64,000 nt of DNA, taken from contig NC_057718.1 in NCBI RefSeq assembly GCF_004010195.1, positions 85,495,625-85,559,624 on the forward strand, given 5' to 3'. Within the stretch, counting starts at the first letter, position 1, and every line of letters begins with the position of its first letter. This stretch comes from Chiloscyllium plagiosum (taxonomy: Eukaryota). A program made the position numbers and the translations under genes. A model generated the notes under the pieces. It worked only from the letters and a program-made list of their open reading frames with translations. It had not been told where the DNA came from and did not search any database. Positions 25,063-37,985 of the stretch are shown piece after piece.

Positions 25063-26715
25063 GTGAGTGGCCTCCCTTGCTTCTCCAAGTTTACTGTTAA
25101 CAGTCAATGAACATCAACCTCACACAATATATGCATTAACTCTAGTATGTGATGGAATGTTGAAATTGAATGGGGAGTGAAGTGTTTTAAGCTACACTGC
25201 AGGGCCAGTTTTTGTTCTTAGTTAAGAATGAAGGACAAAAGAAATCGAAGTAGACCATATGGCCTTTTAAGTGTACTCAATCATTCAATACAAAATTGGC
25301 TAATCTTCTGTCTCAACTGCATTTTATCATCTATCCTCCCACCCCATGTACCTAGACTCTGAGAGACTGAAAATGTCTCTCCTAGTCTGAAATGTGTTAA
25401 AAATAAAGAGGATCCACAATCCTCTGGGACAGTGGCTTCCAAAGATTTGCAACATTTTGAACGAAGGGGTTTCTGTTCATGTTAGTACAAAATTATTGCT
25501 TCCATATTTTGAGACAGTGCCTAGAGTCCCCAGTCAGGAGAAATAAATGTCTCAGGCATGAATCTTTGCTCCTGATGTGGGAGTGCCAAGTACTGGAACA
25601 TTCCCAGTTTGGTAAACCTACTTGGTAGAAAGTGCCCTGTGTGTCTAATTTTCAGTGTAAGAGATAAAGCTCCATTCCCATGGCAACTTAGAGATCGCCA
25701 AAATGGTTAGCTATCTGAAAGGCTGATCTCATAAACTGAGACTTAGGCCCAGCCACAAACAAGAAAAGGTCACACCCTCTCATCCCTCACACACTTTTCA
25801 ATTCTCATTCATGCTCACTCACAGCACAACCACAACAATTCATATCCCAACTACCTACTCACCCCCTCTCCTCTCTTATGGCTCCCTAAAAAAACCCACA
25901 CCAATTTATGGCTCTCTATCCACACTCAGTGGCTGTTTGTAGTCCTATAAATACCAACATTGTGCCAACTCATGTCACCCCCACCCATCTGACAAAAGTG
26001 CACTGGAGAGCTACTTGTAGGAAAATCTATAAATCCTTCTTCAGTACTGATTGTCGTAGCTAGGACAAATGCTGAGATGAAGTAAAATTCTAAATGCCTA
26101 TGGATGTCTTCAACATGTTATCAAAAACACTGATTTAAAGAAAGAAACACTATATTTAAATTCCTTCAGCAACTTAATCCCTTATAAAAACAAGCATTTA
26201 TAATCTAGATCACAGATTCCAGATCTTTTAACCGTTTGGAAATGTCAATCAAACTGTGAACCAACATACATTTATTAGTCATGTGATACAATCCTAGAAC
26301 AATAGCTCTAAGTCTTATATCAACATGTCGAATTAGGTATAAAGCTTTTTTTAAAAAAAAATCAGTAAAGATAAGGAGATTTAAATGCATTTACAACTTG
26401 TAAGTTCCTTGACAGTTTGACACAATCAATAAATGTATCCAATTTTGACACACATCCATGTCACTTCTAATAATTCCAGATGGCACATTACCCCTAAAGA
26501 TGTCCCTGGACCTTTCTAACTAAGTACCCTACCTTTGGACCTACTGAAAATGTAAAGTTCACAAGTTTCATTTTTGACCCTGCACTCATAAAAACTGGAT
26601 TTGGTTGAAGGCATCTGCATTTTAATATATTGAGCCCTCTTCATGAACCACAAATGCACCTGATACAAGCAGCCCTTGTGCCTCCACCTCCCAACTGTGA
26701 AACAAACAGTAGATG

Positions 26716-26920
26716 GAAAAAGTGTGGATTGCAGATGCTGGAGATCAGAGTTGAAAATGTGTTGCTGGAAAAGCGCAGCAGGTCAGGCAGCATCCAAGGA
26801 ACAGGAGAATCGACATTTCGGGCATAAGCCCTTCCTCAGGGCTTATGCCCGAAATGTCGATTCTCCTGTTCCTTGGATGCTGCCTGACCTGCTGCGCTTT
26901 TCCAGCAACACATTTTCAGC
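26716..26920. mobile_element. Minimal Penelope-end fold-back (81-bp perfect hairpin) with 15-bp TSD
   Basis: 26752-26832 is the exact reverse complement of 26838-26918. TSD aacaaacagtagatg at 26701-26715 and 26921-26935. Confidence 0.9.
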
Positions 26921-29889
26921 AACAAACAGTAGATGCCATGCTCAGGGACATGGCTTCTTCAATTTGCACAGTGGCCATTTTGACTAATCCAGAAACGCTT
27001 GCCGTCCCCAGGAAAATTTAGGCCTTAGTATTAACCTTGTATCAATCTTTTTCAGAACCTTATGTGTTTCAACTGAGATCCCTTCTTATTCTTCCAATCT
27101 CCAGAGAATATAGGCCAAATTCATGCAGTCTCTTGTCATAGGACAATGCTGTCCTTACTTGAATAAATATTGTGAAACTTCACTGTACTGTTCCCTATAC
27201 AAATATATTCTTTATGAAGACAAAAACTACACACGGTATTTCAGGTATGGTTTTGCCAAAGCCCTGTATACCTTTTGTAAGCTTTCCTTACACTTGTATC
27301 TCAATCACCTTGCAATAAATGATAAATTGCAATTTACCTTTATAATTGCTTGCTGAAAATACTCTGTATTCCCTATGAATACATTTAAGTCCCTCTGAAC
27401 ATCAATATTTACAAATTCTGTGTCATTCAAAACAAAAAACCTTATTACTTACTCTTACTATTAAAGTAAGTAATTAGGGTGGGGGGACCTGGGTCTGGAA
27501 GGGATGCTGTTCAGAGGGTCGGTGCAAACCCTCAGAGGGTCGGTGCCTCTTTCTGCACTGTAGGGTTTCTATGCCTTCCATGGCAGCTGTAAGCATTTAT
27601 GTGGTGGTCAGGGAGCATTTAACTAGACAGGAGATGGTGGGCGGCAATATTGCCACCTCCTGCCTCCAACCCGAATAAGTCAGTGGTGGGAAAGCCCATG
27701 GACAGCCTTTTTAACCTCTGACAGGTTGAGACATCATGAACCCATGGTGGATGTGGGAGTTGATGTGCAGGGGGCACAATAAGGAAATCTTTTCAGGGTT
27801 CCTTGTCAGATCCGTTTTGGTGGAAGGATTCTAAGTCAAAGAATTCAGCATTGGGAAGATTGGGTCTGCTGAGAGCATGCACCCCCTTACTGCCAACACT
27901 CCTGTCCCTCCTCCATGACACTCACACCATGACATCCATTATCATTCACAAGTGGCCATGGGACTGAGCAATATTATTGACCTTGGTAGGTGTTATGACT
28001 GCCACTGCCTCCCAATGGGTTGTTGCTGTACATTGCTGCCAGCCCCTGATCAGTCCTTGGTTCCAGTTAAGTGCCTGTGTGGCACTAAAAGGAGATGCAG
28101 GGCTCTGGCCAGCTATTCAGTTGGAGAGTAAGACTCCTATCATTGTCATTAAATATCACCTTTGTATCTCTGTGTAGCTTCTTAGTAATCTCCTTACAGT
28201 TTACTTTCCCAGGTAAAAACAGGGTAAAAACTAGGTTTACTTTCCCATCCAAATTTGTATTGCATTACTTTTGGTCTCTTTACTTAAGTCACAAATATAG
28301 TTTGGAAGCAACTAAAGCCCCTTCAATGATCTTTACACTCCACTAGTCCATGCCTGCCAATTTGAAAATGCCCCATTTATACCTACACTTTTCTTCCTCT
28401 CTGTTAAATAATCCTCAAATCCATGAGCTTTTATCTTGTGTACTAAACCTGGTTCCCCTCAAAAAGCATTGATGTATTTATCAAACATGATCTTTTAAAT
28501 CCTTCCTTGTAAAGATTTATGTGGAGTAGTGGAAGTGTTGTGGCTGATAAACAGACTGACAGGATGGACTTGTCACTATTTTCATACCTTCACACTCTTC
28601 TTTGGGAAGAATTGTTTGAAGTACTGTGCAAATTCACAGGCTAATTGATAATCTGACAGGCCACAATATAAAAACTCATTCCAAGCACTACCGCTGTTAG
28701 GTGGTAGTGTGGGGGGTTATAAATAAAGAAATGGAAATAAAGTATAAAACAGCAGATTTAGCATATCTTAAAAAAAACTCCTTCCATGGTCTTAATCATA
28801 TTTTCTTAGCTGAATAGATGATAATTTTTCTGTGGCAGGAGGGTTAATGAAAGTTTTTGAAGTCTCTACCTGCTAGGATTATTTGGAGCAAATTTTAAAT
28901 CCTACCCATTCTGAGTCAGGCAAGAATATTATAATTGAGCTCAAGGCTTGTTTCTTCGCTGTGCTAATGTGGAGGCAATGCATAGGAGATGGAAAAGTTG
29001 GTAAAATCCAATGGAAGCAATAGGGGATTCCTGCCATAAATGTGGCTATGTGAGGTTATTGACAGAGTATGCTTGCTACAGGTCAGCCCCCTTTGCCAGT
29101 AATACCTCCACTTACCTCAACCTAATGATCCTTTTCTCATTAGCATCTCATCCAAGAGCCACAAAAATTCATTACTTAAGATGTGTATATGTTGGTGATG
29201 GAGAGGGGTACGAGGTTGGTGCTAAGTTTCTGCTTTTGCAATTGTCATGCATTAAACTATTGTCGCTCCATCAAAAGCAATATTTGCACAACCATTATTC
29301 TTTGTACAATAAAACATATAACTTACATTAACCAGAAAAAGCAACCTTCGTAATAAAGGTGCACAATTTAAAAGTTTAAGGTAGTTCACCTCAACTTGAA
29401 ACTTCAACAGCACATTCCACTCTTCTTATATTTTCCTCCTACCAATCCCCAGTGATTCTTCGATGCTGGTAAAGATATCAACAGTGTATAGTTGAATATC
29501 TTCCTTCATTGAATGTTCAGTTGATCACCCTGAAGATCACCTGGGAGCAAGGGACTAGCTGAAACTGGTTGACAATTAAAGGCCTCAATTTGTCTTCACT
29601 GCCATGACATGTGGGGTAGTGTACAAAGGTCTTTTTAAAATCTGATTTCTTCAAAAGGCAGGGAGAAAGTGGAAGCATATTAATTACAGTCAAGGCAGAT
29701 GGGCATGCATGTGTGAACTGGGGATACACCCGTCTCCAATAAGATATCATTTTTCCCCTCATTTTGTTTATCCCTGCTTGGTCTTCAAAGCCCAGGCTGT
29801 TCCCTAGGTTGCCTAATCTGTTTCCACCCTAAAAGCCAGAAATTTAACTGGTTTCAGATGCCATTGATAATCTCTGTGGGTCTTAATAA

Positions 29890-31800
29890 GATAACAGGAC
29901 CATGAGACATAGGACAAAAAATTAGGCCATTCAGCCTATCAAGTCTGCTCCACCATTCAATCATAGCTGTTGAATTTCTCAACCCCATTCTTATTCTGTA
30001 ATCCTTGATCCCCTTGATACTCAAGAACCTATCTCTCTCAGTCTTACATATACTCAATGACCTGGCCTCCACAGTCTTCTATGGCAATGAATTCCATAGA
30101 TTCACCACTCTGGCTGAAGGCGTTTCTCCTTATCTCTGTTCTAAAAGGTCTTCTCTTTACTGTAAGGCTATGCCCTCAGGTTTTAGTCTCTCCTACCAAT
30201 GGAAACATCTTCCCAACATCTATTGTACCCACCCCAACCAGGCCATTCAGTATTCTGTATGTTTCTGTTAGATCCCCCCACATCCTTCTAAATGCCATGG
30301 AGTATAGACTCAGAGGTTTCAAACGTTCTTCATATGTTAAGTTTTTAATTCCTGGGACCATTCTCATGAACCTTCTTTGAACATGCTCCAGGGCCAGTAC
30401 ATCCTTACTGAGATATGGGACCCAAAACTGCACACAATACTCCAAATGTGTTCTGACCAGAGCCTTATAGAGTTTCAGAAGTACATTCCTGCTTCTATAT
30501 TAAGTCCTCTCAAAATAAATGCCATCATTGCATCTGCCTTCCTAATTACTGACTCAACCTGCAAGTTTACCTCGAGAGAATCTTGGACTAGAACTGCCAA
30601 GTCTCTTTGCACTTCAGACTTGTGAATTTTCTCCCCATTTAGAAAATAGTCCATGCCTCTATTCTCCTACCAAAGTGCATGACCTCACACTTTCAACATC
30701 TACTCTACTCACCCCAACCAGGCCATTCAGTATTCTGTATGTTTCAGTTGGATCCCCCCACATCCTTTTAAACTTTCCCACATTGTACTTCATTTGCCAC
30801 TTCTTTGCCCTCTCTCCTAAGATTCTGATTAGATTCTCTACAGTGTGGAAACCGGCCCTTAGGCCCAAAACGTTCACACCATCCCTCCGAAGAGTAACCC
30901 AACCAGACCCATTCCCCTATCCTATATTTATCCCTGACTAATGCACCTAACACTGTGGGCAATTTAGCATGACCAATTTACCTGACCTGCACATCTTTGG
31001 ATTGTGGGAGGAAACCGGAGCACCCAAAGGAAACCCACGCAGACACGGGGAGAATGTGCAAACTCCAAACAGGCAGGCGGGAATCGAACCCAGGCCCCTG
31101 GTGCTGTGAGACAGCAGTGCTAACCACTGAGCCACCATGCCGCCCCACAGTCCAAACCTGTCCAAATCCTTCTGCAGCCTTCCTGCCTCTTCAATGCTAC
31201 CTGTCCCTCTACCTATCTTTGTATTGTCTGCAAACTTAGTGAGAATGCCCTCAGTTCCTTCAATTAGATCATTAATTATAAAGTGAAAAGTTGTGGTCCC
31301 AACACTGAGCTTTGCAGAACACCACTTGTCACCGGCTGCCATCCTGAGAAGGACCCTTTTATCTCCACTCTCTGCTTTCTGCCAGACAGCCATGTTTCTA
31401 TCCATACTAGCACCTTGCCTCTAACACCATGGGCCCTATCTTACTCAGTAGCCTCTTGTGCAGCACCTTGTCAAAAGCCTTCTTGAAGTTCAGGTAGGTA
31501 ACATTCATTGGCTCTCCTTGGTCTAACCTGCTTGTTACTTCCTCAAAGAATTCTAGCAGATTTGTCAGGCATGACCTCCCCTTGATAAAATCATGCTGAC
31601 TTTACCCTACTTTACCATACACCTCCAAGTATTCAGAAATCTCATTCTTCACGATGGATTCCAGAAATCTGGGGTGTTAGTCCATCTGGTCCACGTAATT
31701 TCTCCATCTTCAGGCCATTAAGTTTTTCTTGCACTTTCTTCTTGGTGATGGCTACCATACTCGACCCCCCTCACTCTCTTGCATTGCTGGGACATTACTT
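29890..31800 (-). mobile_element. CR1-type LINE with nested HE1-type SINE (~30823-31146, minus)
   Basis: EYCVQFW..VQRRFMRMVPG and KFADNTK on the minus strand; SINE A/B boxes in reverse. Confidence 0.88.
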
Positions 31801-32289
31801 GTCGTCTTTCAGTCTAGAGATCACACACTATTGGGTTCAGTTGGGTGGAACTGCCTGTTCATGAAGGGCTGAAAGTTGAACATCAGTGTGTTCTGTGGGC
31901 AAGCTTTTTACAAATCCATAGAAATCCTTTGGTACCATCTTTTGTTTTGGAGGTGGTGGGTTAGGGGCAAGCAGCATGCTTGTATACCAGCCCCATTGTG
32001 CAAGCACCTGACTCCAATGAACCTTGAGCAATCTCAAAAGTCCAAGTTGGGAAAATCCTGCTGCAAAGTTGGCAGTGAGGAGTAAATTCTTTACGTAGTG
32101 AGTTGTTGCCACCTGGCATCCTGCAAAGGGAGCTAATTACACTGCATAATCGTTCATAAGGTTACTATTGTCTGCACTTGAAATGCCTGATGTTACACGT
32201 AGTTGGAACAAGCAATTATTTGCCACCAAAGGCGTATCTACTTCTTCTATGGGTTTGGATTTCATTTAATTATTGTTTCCTATTTTCAG

Positions 32290-32469
32290 GTTGTGAAGCG
32301 ACTTCCCAAAACCCGATCTGGGAAAATCATGAGGCGGGTGTTGAAGAAAATAGCCACTGATGATACTTCTAATCTGGGTGACCTCAGCACACTAGACGAC
32401 CCTCAAATCATCTCAGAGATCATTGCAGCCTATACAAAGTATAAAAAAGACCACATGACCAGAAAATAA
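32290..32469 (+). CDS. ACSS1: ACSS1 last coding exon
   Basis: Acceptor tttcctattttcag|. [31 protein letters not shown], with the conserved PKTRSGK catalytic/acetylation lysine motif. In frame with the preceding exon. Confidence 0.95.
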   Translation, partial: VVKRLPKTRSGKIMRRVLKKIATDDTSNLGDLSTLDDPQIISEIIAAYTKYKKDHMTRK

Positions 32470-33039
32470 ACAAGCAGTCAGCGTTCCTTAAATCATCCCA
32501 AAGTTTTGACACTCATAGAACCAACTGGTTGTATATTCTTAAAACGATACTTTTTCTGTATTGCACTTAAAAAAACCGAACAATGCTGACTTTAATTAAC
32601 ATTAATTCTGAATTGGTGCTAAAAGAAGAAATGATTCCTCCTTGTCCCTAATTTCCCCCTTGACCCTTCTCATGGAGACAATCACAATTACATTGGTCTA
32701 AGTGCCTGTAGTGTCCCAAAATCTGATCAACAGTATTCAGTCCATTTCTACAGTTGAGGTGGCTGATCTGCCAAGTCTATTTCTCACTCTGAAATGGCTA
32801 TCTGTATTAGCACATTCCATCATATGTTGTTACGAGAAAATGATTGGGAAGCCTGACTGATGTTAAAAAATTCCCCTCATAACACATGGTATTATTCTAC
32901 TGTGAGGCTTGTGTCATTCTCCTGCTAAAGGACTGATAGGGAATCAGAATTGAGATTTACTTGTCCTTGTCTACTTTACTGTCAAATATGGCATAAATTG
33001 TTAAAAAAATGAATTGAATTAATTCATAGAATCAGTGTG

Positions 33040-33045
33040 AATAAA
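33040..33045 (+). promoter_or_regulatory. Candidate polyadenylation signal of ACSS1
   Basis: First AATAAA clear of the stop codon, ~570 nt downstream. Position only; no transcript evidence. Confidence 0.35.
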
Positions 33046-34199
33046 CTTCTGACTTGCTTTTAAAATGAAAGTAAACAGACTTTAGACATATACAACAAAG
33101 AATAACCGCAATAGCAGAGATTTTTTTGTATTTGTGCTCTTTTATGCTTGAAGTTTTCTGCTTATTATAGGCTGGCAAATGCAGAACTGGCCAATATGAA
33201 ACAATATGTATTTGACCAAGGTTTGTTTGAACAAGTGTCTTGATCATCCAGGACATCTAGAACTCTGTTGTTTGTGTCTAAACACGCAGAAAGTCCCATA
33301 ATTCATTTACCATCTCTGTACTTGCTGACCTACACTAACTGTCTTAATTGTAAAATTTCAATCCTGGTTTTCAAATTCCATCCTGATACTGCTCCTCCCT
33401 ATCTCAGTAATCTCCCGCAGCTCCAAAACTCTGAGATATATTTATTCAGGGCATTCTCAGGATTATTCGGGTCTGATTTTCCCCCATTTCTTGCTGCCTG
33501 GACTTAACAGCAGAACCACAACACAGCAGATTGCAATACGATGTAAATACATGCATGTTCTAACCCAGTTAAACCAGGCGATGAAAACAGCAAAATAAAA
33601 CAAAGAACTGCACATGCCGAAAATCTGAAACAAAAATCAAAAATGCTGGAGAAACTCAGCAGGTCTGGCAGCATCTGTGGACAGAAAACAGAGTTAATGT
33701 TCTTTAGAACAGAACATGGAATAGCAGTTTCTGATGTGTAGGGAAAATTATTCACTAGAAGACAAATGTTTTTGAACACAGCCCCCCAAATGCATATGTT
33801 TAGTGAGAGCTTTATTTCAGTCAACCATTTGCCATTAAATCCACAGTAGACATACAAGAGGCTGGAAGAGCACAGCAAACCAAGCAACATCAGGAGGTGG
33901 AGAATTCAACATTTCAGGTATAACCCTTCTTCAGGACTAAATGTGCGGGGAAGAGGGAGCTACAGCCAAAAACAAGCTCCCCTTGTTCACACAACCAACT
34001 GACACCCAATTAAATCTTAATTAGTAATTAAGAGTTAATTAATCTGTTCCCTCATTCAATTGCATCTTTGGTATCCTTCAAAACACATAAGGCTAAAATT
34101 ATATTTTTCTTCTTAAATAAATCTATATAATTTTTAAAAGACCTAACAAAATATACAAAAAGACAGCATATTACATTCTCTTCTGTTTCTCTGTGCATT

Positions 34200-35380
34200 A
34201 AAAGCTCCATTGTCCTTTTCCAGCATGTTAAATAGTTTCTTAGTGCCTTTCTTTGTAAAACAATCGATCGGATAGCTGATTGCTGCTATCCACCCATTTC
34301 AATTTAGAAATTTCTCCATTCTCCAGCATGTTTTAAAACTGCAATATTGATCTTTAGACATTTTTCATTTACACATTTCATTGAATGTACATTATCCCAG
34401 TGACTTATCAATGTAGCTCTCAGTGGTATTGCTATTCATTTACTTGAATTTTTTCAATATTGTTGAAAATAAAACTGTCATCTTTCAGCTCATCAAGAGC
34501 AAGAGTTCCTGCCACTAAAAGTACATGTACACTTTACTACTCTTTTGAACTTTTTAGCTTCCCCAGCTAAAGGACAACATTTATCTCAATTTTCTATGAG
34601 AAAATTATAAAGCCTTCTGCACTTGAGAACCCATCTCTGAGAGTTTCATAACAAACATCACTACAAATAAGTGTCATGTTCCTGGCTTCTCCCAATGATA
34701 CAAATTTCGAAACACAATTATCCATTTTTAATTTTTTTTCAATGTTTTGTTTGCCTGAATAATATGTTCCATCTTGCGATTTCTTAAGTTGTACTTAACA
34801 CTAATACTTCAAAACTGGCAGCTGGTCTTGTTTGGTTGCCCAGTCAATTTAGCTGTTAAAATAAACTTCACAATTCCTTTATTTCAGTTTTGGAAGGTAC
34901 TGCATCTCCTTGCATCTTTGATTCATAACAATGGTGTGATCATTTTCCTAATAAGGTTATTATTAATTTTATTAACTTGTCTTCTGTCATTGTTTGTGGC
35001 AACAATGACTTCTTGATCACATGGTGGTTTTCCTGGTTTTTACTACATGCTTCACCTAGTTAAACTATGCCTTCTATCTTGTCTTCTATCTCCTGGAGTG
35101 CAGCAGTTTGATCTTCCCTGTTTTTATTAGAATTCCTTTCAATGGTTTCTGATCTCTCTTTGGGGGCCACTATTTGAGCTTACCCAGCATTTTTTTGCCA
35201 TGCATCATTGTACTTTATGCTTCCAACATCCTGCCCTTCATCATGTACATTCATTCAGCTTTTATATTTTCCAGCAGCCTTCCTGCTCTACTTATAATAG
35301 TCACATTTCTGCATAAACAAATCTCTTCTAGTAAATATTTGACTTTTGTATCTACTTTGGCTGTTATCCTTTTGGACCAA
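34200..35380 (-). mobile_element. Decayed Ty1/Copia pol relic (linker, RT C-terminus, RNase H)
   Basis: Manual translation across stops and frameshifts: TIISRAG.., QLN*LGNQTRPAASFEVL, IIQANKTLKK, CSDVCYETLRDGFSSAEGFII, KCCPLAGEAKKFKRVVKCT/LVAGTLAL, EKCLKINIAVLK/MLENGEISKLKWVDSSNQLSD/CFTKKG. Confidence 0.8.
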
Positions 35381-36147
35381 CAGCCCCAAATTGACCATCA
35401 GAATTAATTTGTCCATCGCTGAATTGTCGATTATGACAGGAAAACACAATCGATCAATGAGGGCTCCTTCCTGGAGCCTATTGGGAAATTAGTAGGGTTT
35501 AAGTCAGCAGTCTTCTCATATGGTGAAGGGCCTTCCTACTACTGGCAAAATGCCTGGGGAAATCGGAAAATTGGCCACGAAATAGCTTAGTTGGGCTGCA
35601 GGCAGAGGCTGGAGCTTATTCTAAAGAAATAGAATTCAAGAGCTGAGCATTAAGTTATATTCAACTTCAATTTTCATGGTCAGACTATGCTTCGACTAAT
35701 GTCACTGCTTGGGAATATAGCACTTCGGTACTGCAAGATGACAGTGTGTATCTGTCTTCAGCAATACTTAAAACGATTGTGCTCTCTTCTGGTCTCTGTA
35801 TTAAAATCACTGGTTCGCTTACTAGCATCCAAACTCTTATTACTATCGACATCGACTGTGCAGACAGCCAAAAGAACACTATATTGTCATCAAAACTGGA
35901 ACCATAAAAACCTGTGCCACAGTTACACAGATAACGAAGAAACAAATGAAATAACCAAATTACAAAATGCCAAAATAAGTAACATAGTTCAAACAAAACC
36001 AAAGGAAATCTTGCCAATTAAATCTGAATGCAATCAATGTTTGAAAGCAGCTGGTTTGGCAGTGTGGCCTGAATTTTCATGTCTTAGTCAGGAAAGTAGG
36101 GTCGGGAAAATTCTCGACTGCAATTTGACTTGGAAGAAAATACAGCA

Positions 36148-36322
36148 GATTAGTTTAGATTTAGATTACTTACAGTGTAGAAACAGGCCCTTCGGCCCAA
36201 CAAGTCCACTCCGAACCGCCGAAGCACAATCCACCCAGACCCATTCCCCTACATTTACCCCTGCCCGTAACACTACGGGCAATTTAACATGGCCAATTCA
36301 CCTAACCATGTTTGGATTTTTG
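36148..36322 (-). mobile_element. HE1-type SINE 3' half
   Basis: Reverse complement of the SINE tail (..gggcctgtttctacactgtaagtaatct). Confidence 0.8.
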
Positions 36323-36539
36323 ATCCAGTGAGGTGAGTGTTGACGCCCTGGAAATCATTCAGGGGTAGCTGCATGTGAGGCCAAATGTCTGAAAGGCTGA
36401 AATAAAAGCAAAACAAAAGCACACCTGATGTTGGAAAATTGGAATAAAACAATAAAAGCTGGAGAAACCCAACAGGTCAGGCAGCATCGACAGAGAGAGA
36501 AACAGAGTCAACAATTCAAGTCCAATATGACTCTTAGAG

Positions 36540-37985
36540 TCCCCAAACCCTTCCTATTCATATACCCATCCAAATGCCTCTTAAATGTTGTAATTGTACC
36601 AGCCTTCACCACATCCACTGGCAAATCATTCCATACACATACCACCCTCTGCGTGAAAAAGTTGCCCCTTAGGACTCTTTTATATCTTTCCCCCCTTTCA
36701 AGTTTCACAACATCTTTCTGATAGGAAGGAGACCAGAATTGCACGCAATACTCCAACAGTGGCCTAACCAATGTCCTGTACGGCCGCAATATGACCTCCC
36801 AACTCCTGTACTCAATACTCTGACCAATAAAGCTCTTCAGAGCTTTGGTAATCCAGGACTTGCAATGAAGAATACAAAACCACAACCAGCCTGAAAACCC
36901 GTTTCTCTCACACCCACTCATCCTCCACACTGTCTTCATTACCTCCATATAGAGACAGAGATGCACAGTATGGAAACAGGCCCTTCAGTCCAATTCATGC
37001 CTCACATCAAAGTCTTGATAATTGCTTGAAACTGTTAATCAAACTGTAAACTTACCCCTCTGTACAAATTATAAGTGAGTTGTGTAGCACAAATTACATA
37101 ATGATGCCTTAACAGTTTGACAATTTAATAAATGTATCCATTTGCCAGTATTTGGCCCATACCCCTTCAAACCCTATTCATATATCCATCCAGTTGCCTT
37201 TCAAATGTTGTAATTGTATCAGCCTCCACCATTTTCTCTGACAGCTCATTCAATACACTTACCATCCTCTGCATGAAAAAGGTTGACCCTGAAGTCCCTT
37301 TAAAATATTTCTCCTCTGATCTTAAAGTTATGCTCTCTAGTTTTCGACTCACCTACCCTGAGGAAAAGACCTTGACTATTCACCTTATCCGTACCCTTCA
37401 TGATTTTATAAACTTCTATATGGTCACCTTCAGCCTCCAATGCTCGAGGGAAAATAGTTCCAGCCTATTCAGCCTCTCCCTATAGCTCAAACCCTCCAAC
37501 CCTGGCAACATTTTTGTTAAATTTTTCAAGTTTCACAACATCCTTTCTGTAGCAGGGAGATGAGAATTGCATGCAATATTCCAAAAGTGGCCTAACCAAT
37601 GTCCTGTACAGCTGCAACGTGATCTCCCAACTCCTGTATTCAGTACACTAACCAATAAAGGCAAGCATACCAAACACCTTCTTTACTATCCTGTCTAGCT
37701 GGTACTCCACTTTCAAGGGACTATGAACCTGCACTCCAAGGCCTTCTTGTTTGGCAACATTCCTCAGTACCTTACCATTAAGTGTGTAAGTCCTGCCATG
37801 CTTTGCCTCATCAAAATGCAGCACCTCACGTTTATCTGCCACTCCATGCCCCATTGGCCCATCTGATCAAGGTAACCATTACACCACCAATTTTGGTGTC
37901 ATCTGCAAACTTACTTACCATACCTCCAATGTTCATATTCAAATCATTTACATAAATGACAAAAAAAAGTGGATCCAGCACCATG
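36540..37985 (-). mobile_element. Deleted CR1-type LINE fragments
   Basis: [22 protein letters not shown] and KFADDTK remnants on the minus strand. Confidence 0.85.

Noticed and set aside
35687..36331. 214-aa plus-strand ORF as a standalone gene
   Set aside because: No recognisable domain and its last ~55 codons run through a SINE; kept only as a low-interest segment.
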